Source of the DNA: Conidiobolus incongruus B7586
Lineage: Eukaryota
Assembly (NCBI GenBank): GCA_000697335.1
Contig: JNEM01011498.1
Coordinates: 1-36,279, forward strand
Reading direction: 5' to 3'
Length of the DNA stretch: 36,279 bases
Below are positions 1 through 13,975 of this stretch, piece after piece. The notes below the pieces were generated by a model. The model searched no databases, had not been told where the DNA came from, and saw only the letters and a program-made list of their open reading frames with translations. A program made the translations under genes and the position numbers. Within the stretch, counting starts at the first letter, position 1, and every line of letters begins with the position of its first letter.

Positions 1-2249
1 AATATAGATTTTAAAAATACATAGTTTTTAATTTGATTTTTTAATAATAAATTAATTTTTATCAAATATTAAATTTTAAATATAATAAAACTAAGTTAAT
101 AATATTAATATTATAGTTATTATTATAGATTGAATATATTTACTAACTTATACAATAATTATAAATATTGAAAATTAAAACTATAAAAAGTTTGTATGTA
201 AAAATTTTAATAAATATAACATTTTATATATTCACTAAATTCGAATATATATGATAATAATTACCCAAAGTAATTAAAAAATATACTTGTAAAATTTTTT
301 AAAGCAAATTTAATTAGTTTACTAAACATAAAATTTCATTTTTTAATAATAATAATTGCTTTTTAAGTGGTAAATGGTTGATAAAAGTGAACCAAAGTGT
401 TATTGACAATAAAAAAGGGTATTAATCTTATATCGTTAATTTATTTTTATAAATTATATATTAAAAACTTAATCAAATTCCTATTTTTAAATTGTGTTAA
501 TGATTAATTTTTAGAGTATTATTTTGTTAATTTTTCTTTAAATTTAATTTTGAAATCTTGAAAATTAATACTGAAATATCTTAACATTATTAGTAATTGA
601 TATTTGAGATATTTTGTCATTTTTGAATTGATATTAAATATTTTAGCAAATATATATTTACTTAAAATTAGAAAATGTAAGATCCCAAATTACTACCCTT
701 GGCACCATTTCTAACCTCGGGTTACTATTCTATAAGGAAGCTTTACCTTAATAGACCATTACTTGCGATATATATAATATTGATCAGTCTTAATGACTAA
801 ATCCAATGTCTTATTCCAAACACCACTTTAGCCAATAAACCCTCAAATACACTCACCTACTATTAATTAACAACAATAGCCATTGCCCCATCCATAATAC
901 CTATTCAGAAACTACAATAGTATACGCATATTAAAGCATTATTTAAATTCTATTAAATCATTTTGTCACTGTTTTATCGGAATTCCAAACAATTGATTAT
1001 TATCAATGTTGTCAAACAATGCAATATTTTTTTACCTCAAATTTGTTCTTTAACACCCTAACTTAAAATATGTAGATAAATATTACACATAAATTTATCT
1101 CTATATATTGTATGATTTTTTTGATTTGTGTCCGGTAGTTAAATGCATTCATTTTTTATCAAGTTTCACAATATCCAAATATTTCAATTATCAATAAATT
1201 TGAATTTTTTACTAAAAAAGAAATTTAAAGAAATATGTTAATTAAAGTAGTCTTGATTATGAAAATATATATAATATAATTTAATTATTCATTAATTGAA
1301 AGCATGTTAAAAATGAAATGATATTTGGAATCAAATAGTGAATGAGCTGATTTTAAGTTTTATTTTTAACTGGTTGATGTATTAAATCTTAATAATTTAT
1401 GGTTAGTATATTTAGTTATATGACTAATTATTTATATTAAAAGGTATTTTTCACTAATCTCAAAACAATATATAATTTTAATTTGAACCTGCATATTATT
1501 TTGAAAGGGTTTAACTGAAAAACTTCGATTTAAATATTCATACATATTATATAATTTCTTTTTATCCTAATCGAAAGAAATCTTTGTTGAATATGTATTC
1601 ATGGGCGGCTTTGAATGAATTTTTGATGTTAAATTTCAAATTGTCTCATATTTAAAAGTTCAGAGTTATGAAGGTACTAATTAATCTAGGGTTTAATGGA
1701 TAAGATATTAATATTTAATTTTACCAATTATCTAATTATATTGGTAAATAATAATATATATCTAAGATTCATTAAAATTTTATAGTTTGGTCAACCTCTT
1801 AAATTTTAAAGTTCAAATTTCTCCTAAACTCTGAAAAAAATTATAATACTATAATTTATGAGTTATTTTCAAATGAAAATAGTTAAGTTTTATTAGATTT
1901 TTTAAGCTAAATTTGAAATATCATACCACTTCATGCATACAATAACCCGCAAACAATAATATTGAACTGGTGAAATTATTGGTCAATACATTAAAAGCTG
2001 GGCGCATATATTCAAATTACTAGAATAATTTCAAAATAGCTAGTATTAGCAAGTTTAATATTTGTTAAATGATGAAATTTAAATTAGATTCATATTTTAC
2101 AGGTCGTAATTAATTGGATTGATCTCATGTGATTAAGACAATTTTTTACACAATCAATTTTAATGCTAATATGTTTCAAAGGTATATATATTAATCTAAG
2201 GTCCCTGAAATTCTTAATTACTTTTTTTGTAATGATAAAAAATTAAAGA

Positions 2250-3794
2250 ATGAAAATTAAAATTTTTACTTTTTTATTTCATTTAAATCGTTTCACTGTT
2301 CCTGAGTCTGACGCTAGTCAAAAATACGTCGTTGGTTACTACGTTCCCTGGGGTAGGGTTGAACCCGAGCAAGTCGACTGGAAGAAGTTGACTCATGTAA
2401 ACTATGGTTTTGGTGTCCTTTATAAAAAGGATGACCCTGCTAGTATTTTTGTAGACCGTTATTATGATGGTAATAGAATTCGTAAGATTCAAAAACTTGC
2501 CAAAGAAAATGGAGTCAAATCTCTGATCTCCCTCGGTGGCTGGACTGGTGGCCAAACTTTTTCCACTATTGCTAAGGACCCTGAATTAAGAAAGAAATTC
2601 ATTAATAATGCTTTATTATTCGTCCGCAAGAATACTAAACCTGACTATGACGAAAATCCTGATGGTTATGACTTAGATGGTATTGATATTGACTGGGAAT
2701 ATCCTGCTCGTCAAGCTGCTAAGTGTAATGCTGTTGATCCCAATGATACTGCCAACTATTTAGTACTTCTTAAGGAGCTTCGTGAAGCCATGGACAAGGA
2801 ATTCCCCAACGATCGTAAATTATTGACTGCTGCTGTTCGTGTACAACCCTTCGATGGTCCTGACGGTAAACCTCTCAAAGATGTTAGCGAATTTGCCAAA
2901 TATTTTGATTTTATCAACATTATGATCTACGATATCATGGGTGGATGGTCTGCAACCACTGGTCCTAATGCTCCATTTGATTATGAAACTTCCAAAGGTG
3001 GTGATCCTTTGTCTTATCGTCAAGCTATTGATGACTGGTTAGGCGCAGGTATTCCCGCTAACAAGCTTATTCCTGGACTTGCTTTCTATGGTCGCTCCAC
3101 AACTGCTAAGGTTGATATGAATGCCACTCCAAATAATCAATATGTTCAAAAAGATTCAGTTGTTCCTAAGGGAGACCCCTCCGATTCTAACGAACCAAAC
3201 TTCTTTTGTAACGAAGGTACTTTCTATTCTGGCGTCTGGAAATGGAAGTATCTCCGTAGTGAAATCTTGAAATCTGACTATAAGACCCCTGATGCACCTT
3301 GGACCCGTCACTGGGACAATGTTACACGTACTCCTTGGCTATTTAACTCTCAAACTAAGCAATTCATTTCTTATGATGACCCTGAATCTTTGAAAATCAA
3401 GGTTGATTATGCAAAGTCTAAGAACCTCAAGGGTCTCATGTACTGGGATATATCTCATGATGTTAATAATGAGCTATTGAATGTTTTACAAGGAATTCGT
3501 GATGGATCTGAAACTCAGCCACCACCTCCAACCACATCAGTTCCTCCTCACACTACTACTACAACTACTTCAACCACCACCTCTGAACCCACTACTACGT
3601 CCACCACTACTACTTCCCCTGGAAATCAGCCCACTGGGGAACCTTGTACGGAAGGAGCAACTATTTGTGTATCTCCAGGAAAATCTCCCGAGTACAAGCA
3701 ATGCCTCTATGGCAAATACATTGATCGTAGCTGTGGTGCTGGTACTGTTTGTTACCAATCTGGAAGTAATATTAACTGTGGATTTCCTCAGTGA
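2250..3794 (+). CDS. GH18 chitinase with Pro/Thr-rich linker and C-terminal CBM19-type chitin-binding module
   Basis: 514-aa ORF containing LTHVNYGF, SLGGW, the catalytic DLDGIDIDWEYP (DxxDxDxE), MIYD, SYDD and GLMYW motifs. A P/T-rich linker precedes a Cys-rich tail (CTEG..C..QC..G..CGAGTVC..C). The exact start and signal-peptide exon are uncertain. Confidence 0.95.
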   Translation: MKIKIFTFLFHLNRFTVPESDASQKYVVGYYVPWGRVEPEQVDWKKLTHVNYGFGVLYKKDDPASIFVDRYYDGNRIRKIQKLAKENGVKSLISLGGWTGGQTFSTIAKDPELRKKFINNALLFVRKNTKPDYDENPDGYDLDGIDIDWEYPARQAAKCNAVDPNDTANYLVLLKELREAMDKEFPNDRKLLTAAVRVQPFDGPDGKPLKDVSEFAKYFDFINIMIYDIMGGWSATTGPNAPFDYETSKGGDPLSYRQAIDDWLGAGIPANKLIPGLAFYGRSTTAKVDMNATPNNQYVQKDSVVPKGDPSDSNEPNFFCNEGTFYSGVWKWKYLRSEILKSDYKTPDAPWTRHWDNVTRTPWLFNSQTKQFISYDDPESLKIKVDYAKSKNLKGLMYWDISHDVNNELLNVLQGIRDGSETQPPPPTTSVPPHTTTTTTSTTTSEPTTTSTTTTSPGNQPTGEPCTEGATICVSPGKSPEYKQCLYGKYIDRSCGAGTVCYQSGSNINCGFPQ

Positions 3795-5989
3795 AATTTA
3801 ATAATTAAATAATCAAGACTCATATTTAATGTGAATAAACTATTCGTAATAATACATTGATTATGAAATAGATTAATATCTGAAAATGATTATTAGAATC
3901 TCAAGTTTTTAATAAATCTAATATTGGTCAATTGTTGTTCAAATTTTTTGTTTGAGTATTCATCATCCTCTCATGATTTAATTTTGGTAAACCAATATTA
4001 TATATCATCTAAAATTAATAGCCTTGTTATTTTACTCTATTTTATTGAGTTAATTTTTCTTTAATATTATACTTAAAAGCATAATAAAAAATATTCTACC
4101 TCAAGCTTAAAATATTCATATAATCCCTCATGTTATTATTTCATTCACCTAAATTTTTAAAATTTTCTCAAATATTAATAAAGAAATTTTAATGTTAAAT
4201 ATTGTGACATATTTTGCCGCAATATCCATCAAAGTTAACTAAAATTGATTAAATTTTGGTGATAATATTTTTAACAGGATTTAATATTTAATTCTAAATA
4301 TTAAAATAAGGATATTTCATATAAAAATAATTATATATTAAACCTATATCATATTTCACATATTATTCAAAAGTTTTAATTAAATTTTTGATATTATATA
4401 TAAGATTTTTGTTTTATGTTTAGAAAATATTTTTTATAAAATAAGATATTTCATTTTAATATTTATTATCAAAGTGACTAAATTTTTATATTTACCATTA
4501 TTTATATAATGGAAACAGATAAATATATTGGCATATAATTTTAAGTTTTATAAATTTTTTATATTTTAATTAATATTAAATTGCAATTAGATATTGTAAA
4601 AAATTGAATTTGATTGATTATTGAAAGATTCAGAAAATGAAGTATAATAATAATCAACATCATATATATTATTCTAAAATAATATTCCTGTATTTTTATA
4701 TAGTGTATACTTAGTTGAAACATTATAGATTAAGGTGTAACAATATAATTTTAAAAAACCTTTATTAATATTCAATATAAATAATTAATTTTGAGAATTA
4801 AAAAGTTATAGTATTGTTTGGATAATATTAACAAATACATATTTAAGTTTTATATTCTTTAAATATAATAAATTTTTAATGAATATAATGTGTATTTCAG
4901 ATCAATATACCTATTATTTTAAAAATATGTTGAAAATAAAATAAATCAAAAGTATAAATAATACCATATTCAAAGAATTAAACGCTGAAATAGAATGTGT
5001 TGTGAAATATTATGAAGGTAATATATTATATACATTAATCATTTAATAGATAATATTTCATTCACACCAAGTTATAAACTTTATTTATAAAATTAAACTA
5101 CTGTAATTATTCAGGTATCTAAAATAAATTTCTTAATTCCCTTCATTCAGAAAAAAAAATAAAGTTGTGAATCATAACTTTTGGAATAGTTTTGGATAAT
5201 AAATCAAAAATTAAATATTTATTAGTATTAAAGTATAGTTTTAAATATTTGATGTGTGCTGAGTTGGGTAATAAGTAAATATATTTCATTTGGTTAAAGT
5301 AATATTTGTTAACAATTACATCATCATCTAATTGTATTCAGTTAATGTTTTTTAAACAAGTGTGCTAAATATCATTTCAAATAATAACCGAATAAATGTC
5401 AAAGGTAGCCATTTTAATATTTGGATTAAATTCATATTAAATTTATGGATCCAAAGTTCACTATATTTATTGACATTTTAAGATTAGCATGATATACGTA
5501 CCATTACCTATAAAAATAATCACTATGTTTTGAATGATAATATATTAGACAACATAAAATGTTGATTTATTAGGTGGTAGAAATGCTCTTAAGTCCATAG
5601 AATTAAGTTTTAACCAGAATTGTGCACAGAAATGATCATGTAAGTAAATTTGCATTATTATATCATATATAACCTTGCGTATATGTATATATAAATATCG
5701 AAAAATAAATTTGAGAACTAAATTTAAGAATATTTATAGTAAAATTTGAAAAATTAAATAATTTATCAACAAGTCTAATTATATTAATTAAGTTAAATTT
5801 AAAAAATTTAAATTTTTGTACATTAATACTTAATATTTCAAAATCTTCATCGTTATAAAAATTATTACATTGTCAATTGATTTCAAGTATCAAAGCTAGC
5901 TGTGTTGTAAGTACAACTTGAGAACCGCTAAATTGAAATTAATATAATTAATTTCTTAATTTGCTTGAATCTCTTGTCTCTTCCTGATT

Positions 5990-7172
5990 TTATGACAAGT
6001 CAGAAAAATGTGGTTGTTGGGTATTACATCCCGTGAGACTGCGTTGAACCTGGGCAAGGTGACTAGTAGAAGCTGATCCTTATCAATTATGGATTCTGCA
6101 CACTATACAAAAAACGATACCGCTAATATTTTCATTGATATCCCCTATGCTAGGAGTAGAATCCAAAAGTTTCAGAAGCTTGCCAACGAAAATGGAATCA
6201 AGTTTTTGGTCTTTCTTGGTAGTTGGACTGGTGGTAAAATTTTTCTACTACAGCTAAAGATCCTGAATTGATGAAAAAAATTATTAACAATGCTCTAGTA
6301 TTTGTTCGCAAGGGGACCAATTCTGGTCAAACTGCGAATCCAAATGGCTATGGCTTAGATGATATTGATTAGTAATATCTTGCTTGTGAAACTGGTTAGT
6401 GTAATGTTGCTGAACTTAATGGTACTTTCAACTACCTTGGGCTTCTCAAAGAGCTCCGCGCAACTCTGTATAAGGGATTCACCTATGACAACAAATTATT
6501 GACTGCTGTAGTTCGTACCCAGCCCTTTAATAGACCTAATGGTACTCCCATCAGCGATGGTAGTGAATTTGCCAAATATTTTGATTTCATCAATATCATG
6601 ATGTATGATCTTATTGGTGATTGGTCTGCAACTACTAGCCCTAATGCTCTATTTGACTAGGACTCCGCTAAATATGATGATCCCTTTCTCTTTCCCCAAA
6701 TTTATCGATGAGTAGATGAGTACTGGTTTCCTTCCTGATAAACTTGTTGCCGGCCTACCATTTAATGGCCGTTCCATCAATCATAGTTGGCACGCATGTA
6801 ATTCCAGACGACCAATATGTTCAAAAAGTATCTGTTGTCCACAAAAGAGATCTTACTATTTCCAATGCTGTCAATGATTTTTGTAATTAAATGTTCATTC
6901 TGGAGTCTGGGAGCAAAACTATATTTGTAATGTAATTTTGGATTGATTACAAGACTACTTCTGATTCTTGGACTCGTCACTATAACAATATTACTCGTAT
7001 TCCTTGGTTATTTTACACTGAAACTAACCAGTTTATTTCTCATGATCATCATGAACTTTCGGAAATTAAGGCTAATTATGCAAAGTTCAAGAATCTTGAC
7101 GGTATTATGTTTTGGGATATTTTCTCAGATGCTGGTAGTGAGCTTTTAGATTCTATTCAAGTTATTCTTAAC
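5990..7172 (+). pseudogene. GH18 chitinase pseudogene, tandem paralog of 2250..3794 (catalytic domain only)
   Basis: Colinear similarity to the upstream gene from VVGYY to the end of the barrel. In-frame stops at 6034 (TGA for W) and 6064/6067. The catalytic motif reads GLD-DID** at 6352-6375 (6-nt deletion, W->TAG, E->TAA). Several frameshifts; no linker or CBM. Confidence 0.93.
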
Positions 7173-9196
7173 TAAATTAGATCTACTTCGACGAATATTC
7201 TTACAAAAATTAATATTAATTTATGCTATTGAATAATAATGGATTAACAATTTATCCAATATGTAAATTTCTCTAACTAATAGATTTATACATTTTTGTT
7301 ACTTATATTCATTGCTTATGAGGGATGATCCAGAACTTTATATTCCTTTTTTGCCTATTTCAAAAAGTAATCAAATTTTTAGATTCATTTTCACTGAAAC
7401 AAACGTTTCGATTAATTAAAAATTAATTAACTAGTTTAAATTCTTTTAATTAAATTTAAAAACTCCCAATAATTGGTAACTAATCATTTTACTAAACAAA
7501 CTGATTTTGCTTAACATGTTGGGGAAAGTGTCTAGAACAGGAAGAAAATAGGTTTTGTAAATGTATCAATGTTTCATATACTGATCTTATTTAAAAAAGA
7601 CTATAAGAACACAAAGCCATATATTATTAAGCGATAGGTATTTAAATAAATCACTCACTTTTAAATTATAAATCGTAAGATATACTGAATATTACTTTTT
7701 TTCATCATATTAAACCCAAAAATTCAATTGTTTAGATTTTTAAATCAGCCAATCAAATTAAATTTGAATTTTATTTAATTGGAAGATTGAGTTATCTTAA
7801 ATCTAATAAAAAATTAAAATTGATATTTAATCGTTTTTATAAAATAAGAATAAATTCAATATTTTTCTTTAATTTTTATCAAATATTATTTGTATTTGTA
7901 ATTGATTTAAAAGGATTTGATACATATGTAAATTAATTTTCTAATTTGTAGATATATGTTTATTAATTTACAATTAATGTAGGATATATTAATTTCAATT
8001 CAAAAATACCCTATTCTAATCTGTTGTATTAATATATATTCCTTAAACTATAATAGCAACTCTAACTACTAAATTCATTAATATAAATAATTAGTGATAG
8101 ATTAATACATTGAGAGTATCACTATTGTAGCCATAATTCTCTAATCAATTAAATTGATGATTAGAATTATTTAGTTTAATTAATCTGATATTCATTTTAC
8201 AAAGTTGATTTTTAAAAAATTTGAAATAATTTAAACCTAAAGGAATTGTTATAATCCAAATATATGCTTGTTTTATAGAGTAAAAAGATTAGTGTGTTTT
8301 TTATAAAATTTAAATTTTGTAGTGTAATGATACAAGTCTGATATTTGAGAGTTTAGAATATGCTTATTTCATAGATACAATGACCATTTGGTTGACAAAA
8401 ATCTTGAATTTAATTTACTAATCCTTATTTTAGTAATTATTGATTAGTATTATTGAAATAACTATCATATTTACTTGAATAACTAGTTTTTGTATCCAGA
8501 GTTAAAAAAATAAAATATTTTATCTATGCGATATTATCGATATATAATTTTCCCAGAGAAGTGGCTAAGATATTCTATATTTGAGTGCTTCATTATAAAA
8601 ATTACCCATGCTACTAATTTTCAATATTATATAAACAAATATTGGAAATTTAATTTCGATAAAATTTTAAATTATTTAAATTTGATAATGCATGAATATT
8701 TGTTATTGCGTTAGTAGATTTAATTTTGAAACCAGATCATTAGTTTATTAGTCATGATATATTGTTTAAAATGCTATATTCCAAGTTCATTTCTCTATCT
8801 TGCTATTGAATCGTTAATTTAGTCTTAGAAAGCATTATTTATGATTTATAGAAAAAACCAATTAAAATAATACAAAATATCGAAAGATTAATAGATATTG
8901 TAATTAATAGTAACTATAATTAAATGTTCCTCGTATGAAGAAATATAATTTTCAATAGACTAAAACTAAATTTTAAAATATAAGGATATAATAAAACAGA
9001 TTTAACTAATATATTTAATAATAAAGTTATATATACATTTATGTGAAAGTTATTAATAGAAGGATAGGATTTTAGAATGGAGCATTTCACTTAATTGTAA
9101 AGAAAACTCTTAGTAGAGGCAGAATAGGTGGAAAGATAAAACTGAAGTATATGAATTCAAAAAGATATAGAGTTGGATACGCTCAATCTATACTGC

Positions 9197-11623
9197 TTAA
9201 TCGACATATAATGTAACAGAGGGGAATTGCATCGAGGGATTAGTGTTCGGGTGATGTGACTGGGATTGGAAGGCGCTTTCAAATGCCATATTCACATCCT
9301 CCTGGGAGTTAATGGTAATGGGATCATCATCTTCATCCTTGTATCGAAGTCGGAAACCTTCTTCAATGTCGGGAGTAGGATAGGCCTGGCCCCGTCTACC
9401 TCCACATAGTCTAATTTTGCGCTCCACTCTTACAAGAAGTTCAGGATATTGAATATTGGATGGTACCATAATTACGAAAACATCATCAAGGTAGTTGATC
9501 TTCAATTTAATCTGAGGACTATTGGACGATTTCATGGGTCCATTGGGATGCCCATTTAGTACACTGGGATCTCCACCAGCAACGTATGAATGGCCATTGC
9601 GCTGGTAATCAGGAAGATATTGATCAAGTACAATGTCCTTTGATGAAGGGCGGGATGAGTACATTGGGAGCTGGTTGTGATAATCTCTGCCATTATGAGC
9701 CAGTGGAGATGAGGTTGGGTTATGAGTCCTAGGAGGTTGGATGTTGGGACTACTTGCACTTCTGTTACGGAATTGCAAATGCTGTGGTGAAAGTGGGCTA
9801 GGGCTATCAGGATTGCGAAGTCCGTGAGAATAATTACCATGAGATCTTCTGGAGTGATGGACTTCGTCATCGTTATATGGAGAAGGTGGCTCAGGCAATG
9901 GTGCATTTGATTTGAGAATTTCAGCCTCTGCTTTAATACTTTGTTGCTTAAGGAGCTTTTTCTCATTGATTATCTGTTGCAAATTTGTAATCCATAAAGA
10001 TCTTTGTTCTTCATTACGACACTTGATAATTAATATCTGAACCTCTTCCTCCTTCCAAAACAAGCGAATAAACAAATCACCACTATCTGATGTTTTTTCC
10101 AAAACCTTCATAACACTGCTCATATTAATTTGACCTCGTATTTCTAATGTTTCATCTGCTCTTTTTCCACCATGTGTGCTATCTTTCCTCTTTTTACCCT
10201 TTTCAGAAATATCTCTACAGCAAACTAATACTTCTTTGAATAAATAAACGAACATCTCTCTAGGTTTTTGATCTTTGGTTATAACTTCAAAACGATCATG
10301 TTGTAAAAGCTCTCCCCATGTATCAACAATTTCATCGGTAATATTGATAGTCTTTTTAGCAAATGACTTGACTACTTCCAAATTTTCTTCCTTTCGCTTA
10401 ATTTCATTTACTTTACCTGCTACTCTTTCAATACTAGCCATTGCATCTAAAAGTTCGCTATAATAAGGATATTCTTCTTCTTTAGTGTATTGAATCAAAG
10501 ATTTCATGAGGAGGGGATATTTACAAATTCTCTGAATAGGTTTAATAAGTAGAGAGGGTAATCCATAGCTAGGTTCAACAATATGTGCTAACGCTTGTAA
10601 ATTTGGTGTTTCGCGAACGGCAATATCTGAAGCAGTGTTGTAATTTGCACAGAAAGGTTCATAACAGGCGAACCCTTCCTCCATGGAAAGAAATAAAGCG
10701 CCTATTCTCTGTTCTTCGGGAGGAAGGATAGCATTAGCTTCAAGACCAATTAAAAATCTACGTTGAAAATCGACCAAACTATGAAGATTAGCAAATAAAT
10801 AACGGATAGTTTCTGGAGAAATAACTTTTCTTTGTTGACATTCTTGCATGTATGCCTAGAGTAATTTTACCAGTTAGTAAGCCTAAAAATCAAAAAGTTA
10901 AATTAAAAAATTTTTTATATACCTGTAGCGTTTCCAGGTCAGCAATATATTTCCTTTCGGTTTCTAATAATTCCATAACTACTTTGGCACGATTGTCTTG
11001 AGGATTACCCATTTGGAGTCTAACAGAAGGGACTTTAGGTTCTACCATGAGGCCTTGCTCTTCAATTTTATCTAAGAGACTATCAGCAGTCTTTAATACC
11101 TACAGTAAAGATAAAGAAAGGTTAAGAATAGATTAATAATGCATACAGACAACTACAAATATAGGGAAATTACTTTTACAAAGGCATTTGTATCATCTTT
11201 GAATAAATCAGTAATAGCAAATAGTTCTTCAGGAGAGTAGTTTAAATTATTTTTGCAGGCCATTAGAAAGTGATATATGGCTTTTTTAGCTGTGTTGACT
11301 TCAATCCTGTCTTCAACTTTTTCAAGTTTTATGGCGTGTTCAGGATCTAAAACGTTATAAAGAGCACATAGACTGTAACCCTGGCGAAAAGCGGCCCAAA
11401 CCAAACTGACTGGGTCAAAATTAGTAATAGGAGTTGACAAGCCCTTAGCATCGGTTTCTTCTTCTTGCTTTTGGAGAGTTTTTTCGGCTACTTCAAGATA
11501 AGGATCAAAATCAGGGACACAATGCAGTCTATCGATGATGCCCAAACAGAGCTGAAAGATAGAGGTTGCAGCCGTGGGAGCAGGCGCGGGCATTAAAACG
11601 CAGTCCATTTGAGGCGAGTCCAT
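9197..11623 (-). CDS. CDC24: Cdc24/Scd1 Rho-family guanine nucleotide exchange factor (CH-DH-PH-PB1)
   Basis: Three exons joined in frame by GT-AG introns: 11623-11174, 11099-10923, 10855-9197. CH-like DPVSLVWAAFRQGYSLCALYN; DH motifs ELLETERKY and LIKPIQRICKYPLL; PH region; C-terminal PB1 LRYKDEDDDPITINSQEDV. Confidence 0.95.
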
Positions 11624-11981
11624 GAGGGAAAAGAATAGCTATGAATAGTAAATTGCTAGACTGGTGAATAAGTTATTGTTACAGTGTATCAAAATTCAAA
11701 ACAAAAACTAACAATCGAAGTGAGCCAATAACTTTGTTATTAGTAATGCATATTCAGCACTTAATTTATTGGGAATTATTCTGAATTAACATAAGGAAGC
11801 AGCGAATTATGTTTCACACAGAGTGTATGATTGGCCTAGCCAATCAAATTCTTTCGAATTATCGAATCATACTTGCGAATTGTGTGGAATGAACATAACT
11901 GATATTACCTGAATATTGTTTTTCTCTCCTTCCCCACTTTTACCTTATATTATATCAATACAAAACCTTATTTTAATACAA

Positions 11982-12004
11982 ATATATATATATATATATA
12001 TATA
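11982..12004. repeat. (AT)n microsatellite upstream of CDC24
   Basis: 23 nt of uninterrupted AT alternation. Confidence 0.85.
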
Positions 12005-13975
12005 ATATTATTTCACGTTAAGAATATAACTTTTTTTAACCTCAAATCATGCCGAGATAATGCTTAGATCAATAGTCCTCAGTGTCTAATCAAGCATAAT
12101 ATTTTGTTTACTTGAATTTAATTTAAATAATGAGAATATGAGTAAACTGTGGAAAAATCTGCAACTATATTCTTTGTTTCATATAAAATACTTGATTTTT
12201 ATTCCATATTTTAATCATATATGATATATGGCGTAAATTTGATAAAATTGGAACAATTAGTTAAATTTGATAATGATTTCATTTATACTTCCTTATCAAT
12301 ATTTTTAATACAAGTTGTTTTTTTTCTAATATGTTAATTAACTAAATTAAGTGATTCAATGCATCTTCCTCTCTCTCTTTCGGTTAATTAGAAATTAATC
12401 CAACTAGGCTCTTAAAAATATATGAGTATTTTTTTACCAATTATATTAAATTATATTCAATCATCAATATCAAATATTCTTCAACATATCCTACAATAAT
12501 TCAATATATGCAACTCGTGACTTTGAATATAATGTAGCCTAAATTCATTCAAAATTAATTAACCTTCAATAATAGTATTATTGATATTATTATATGTCAA
12601 ACTATCGCAATAGTATATATTTGATTCTATTCTTTTTAATTCAATAATGAAAAGTTATAATATGATATTTGCATTATTTCCATTAAAGTTTTGATAATTA
12701 AAATTTTCAATTATTGAGGGTAGTCAAATCTGCTAATATTTATTAAAAGTGGCCAAGTCAATGGCGGCATATACAACTAGTTAACACTATTGGTTTGAAT
12801 TATCTATTGTAGAATGAGATATATATAAATCTATCTATCCAGATATTATTTATATAATGTGTTGTATATATGAAATGATGAAAATTGATTTCAGATAATA
12901 ATAAATAAAAACATCAAGTTCACAATTATTTCTCATTTATATATGATCATTGAAGAATTCTCAAAATCATGAGCTATAAAAGATATTATTTCTTTCAAAT
13001 ATCTGAATATATCTTATAATATAAAAATATATTGATTTTCATTCAATATTGGATTAATAATATAATTGGACTAAATTTTTATTAGAGATTTAATTTTGAT
13101 AATAATAATTTTTAAAATTGAAATAGAATCAATAGATAGAAATCTTTATTTAATTTATGATACATTTGTAACACAAATTATATCTTATATTTATTAATAC
13201 TATTTTAAGTTATAATGTTGGGTTTTAAAATTTATTTATATTATTTCGAATATTATCACATGACGAAATCATGGATATTAAAATTGGTGGAAAAATTAAG
13301 GATATAGGCTAAATTGTTTTTATATTTATATAGTCTTGCTATATATGCTAGATTGAATTATTTAATTTAAAAAACATTTTCTTGTAATGAATTCTCCATT
13401 GCTTTTGTCGGCTATTGAGCCATTTAGAGACATTATTTTATCTGTTTTTAGGTTTAAAAATGATTGTTTAAAGAATAGTTAATACAAAGTCTCCGTATTT
13501 ATTTTACAATTTGGTGCAAGTTAAATATCCTAAGAAAATTAATTAATTATTTGAAACCTATGATTTATAAGTGAATATTACTTTCAGAAAAAATTAAATC
13601 AAATAATTAAAAATATAGTAAATGTATCTTAAGTATAGTATAAATATTAATGATTCACACTAATGGTCAGATAAATCGCCAAATTCTTTAAATTGAATAC
13701 AATATTTAATATATATACAACTTGACAAATATTTTTATAAAGATTTACATCAATTTAATTGATTTATTTTGACAATTATAATAATTTTGAATATTGAATT
13801 TATTGAAAGCATGTTATTCCTGGAATTTCCACTGATTTCGAGAAAACCTATTAATCTTTAATCAAGGCCTAGATATATTATAACTAGAACCATCAATAGC
13901 TGGATATTATTCTATGATGATATTTAGTTTCAAACAATATAGATCAATATACATTATTGTTAACTTTAGTGAAAT

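Noticed and set aside
2283..3801. Overlapping small ORFs within the chitinase (and similar ones inside CDC24, the 26-kb ORF and MED25)
   Set aside because: Shadow ORFs of GC-richer coding sequence with no independent motifs.
6089..7149. Short ORFs 6089-6271, 6777-6980 and 6943-7149 as independent genes
   Set aside because: They are fragments or off-frame/antisense readings of the chitinase pseudogene.
8526..8714. 62-aa ORF (also 25903-26115, 27906-28121, 33462-33659)
   Set aside because: AT-rich, no recognisable motifs or splice context; a length expected by chance.
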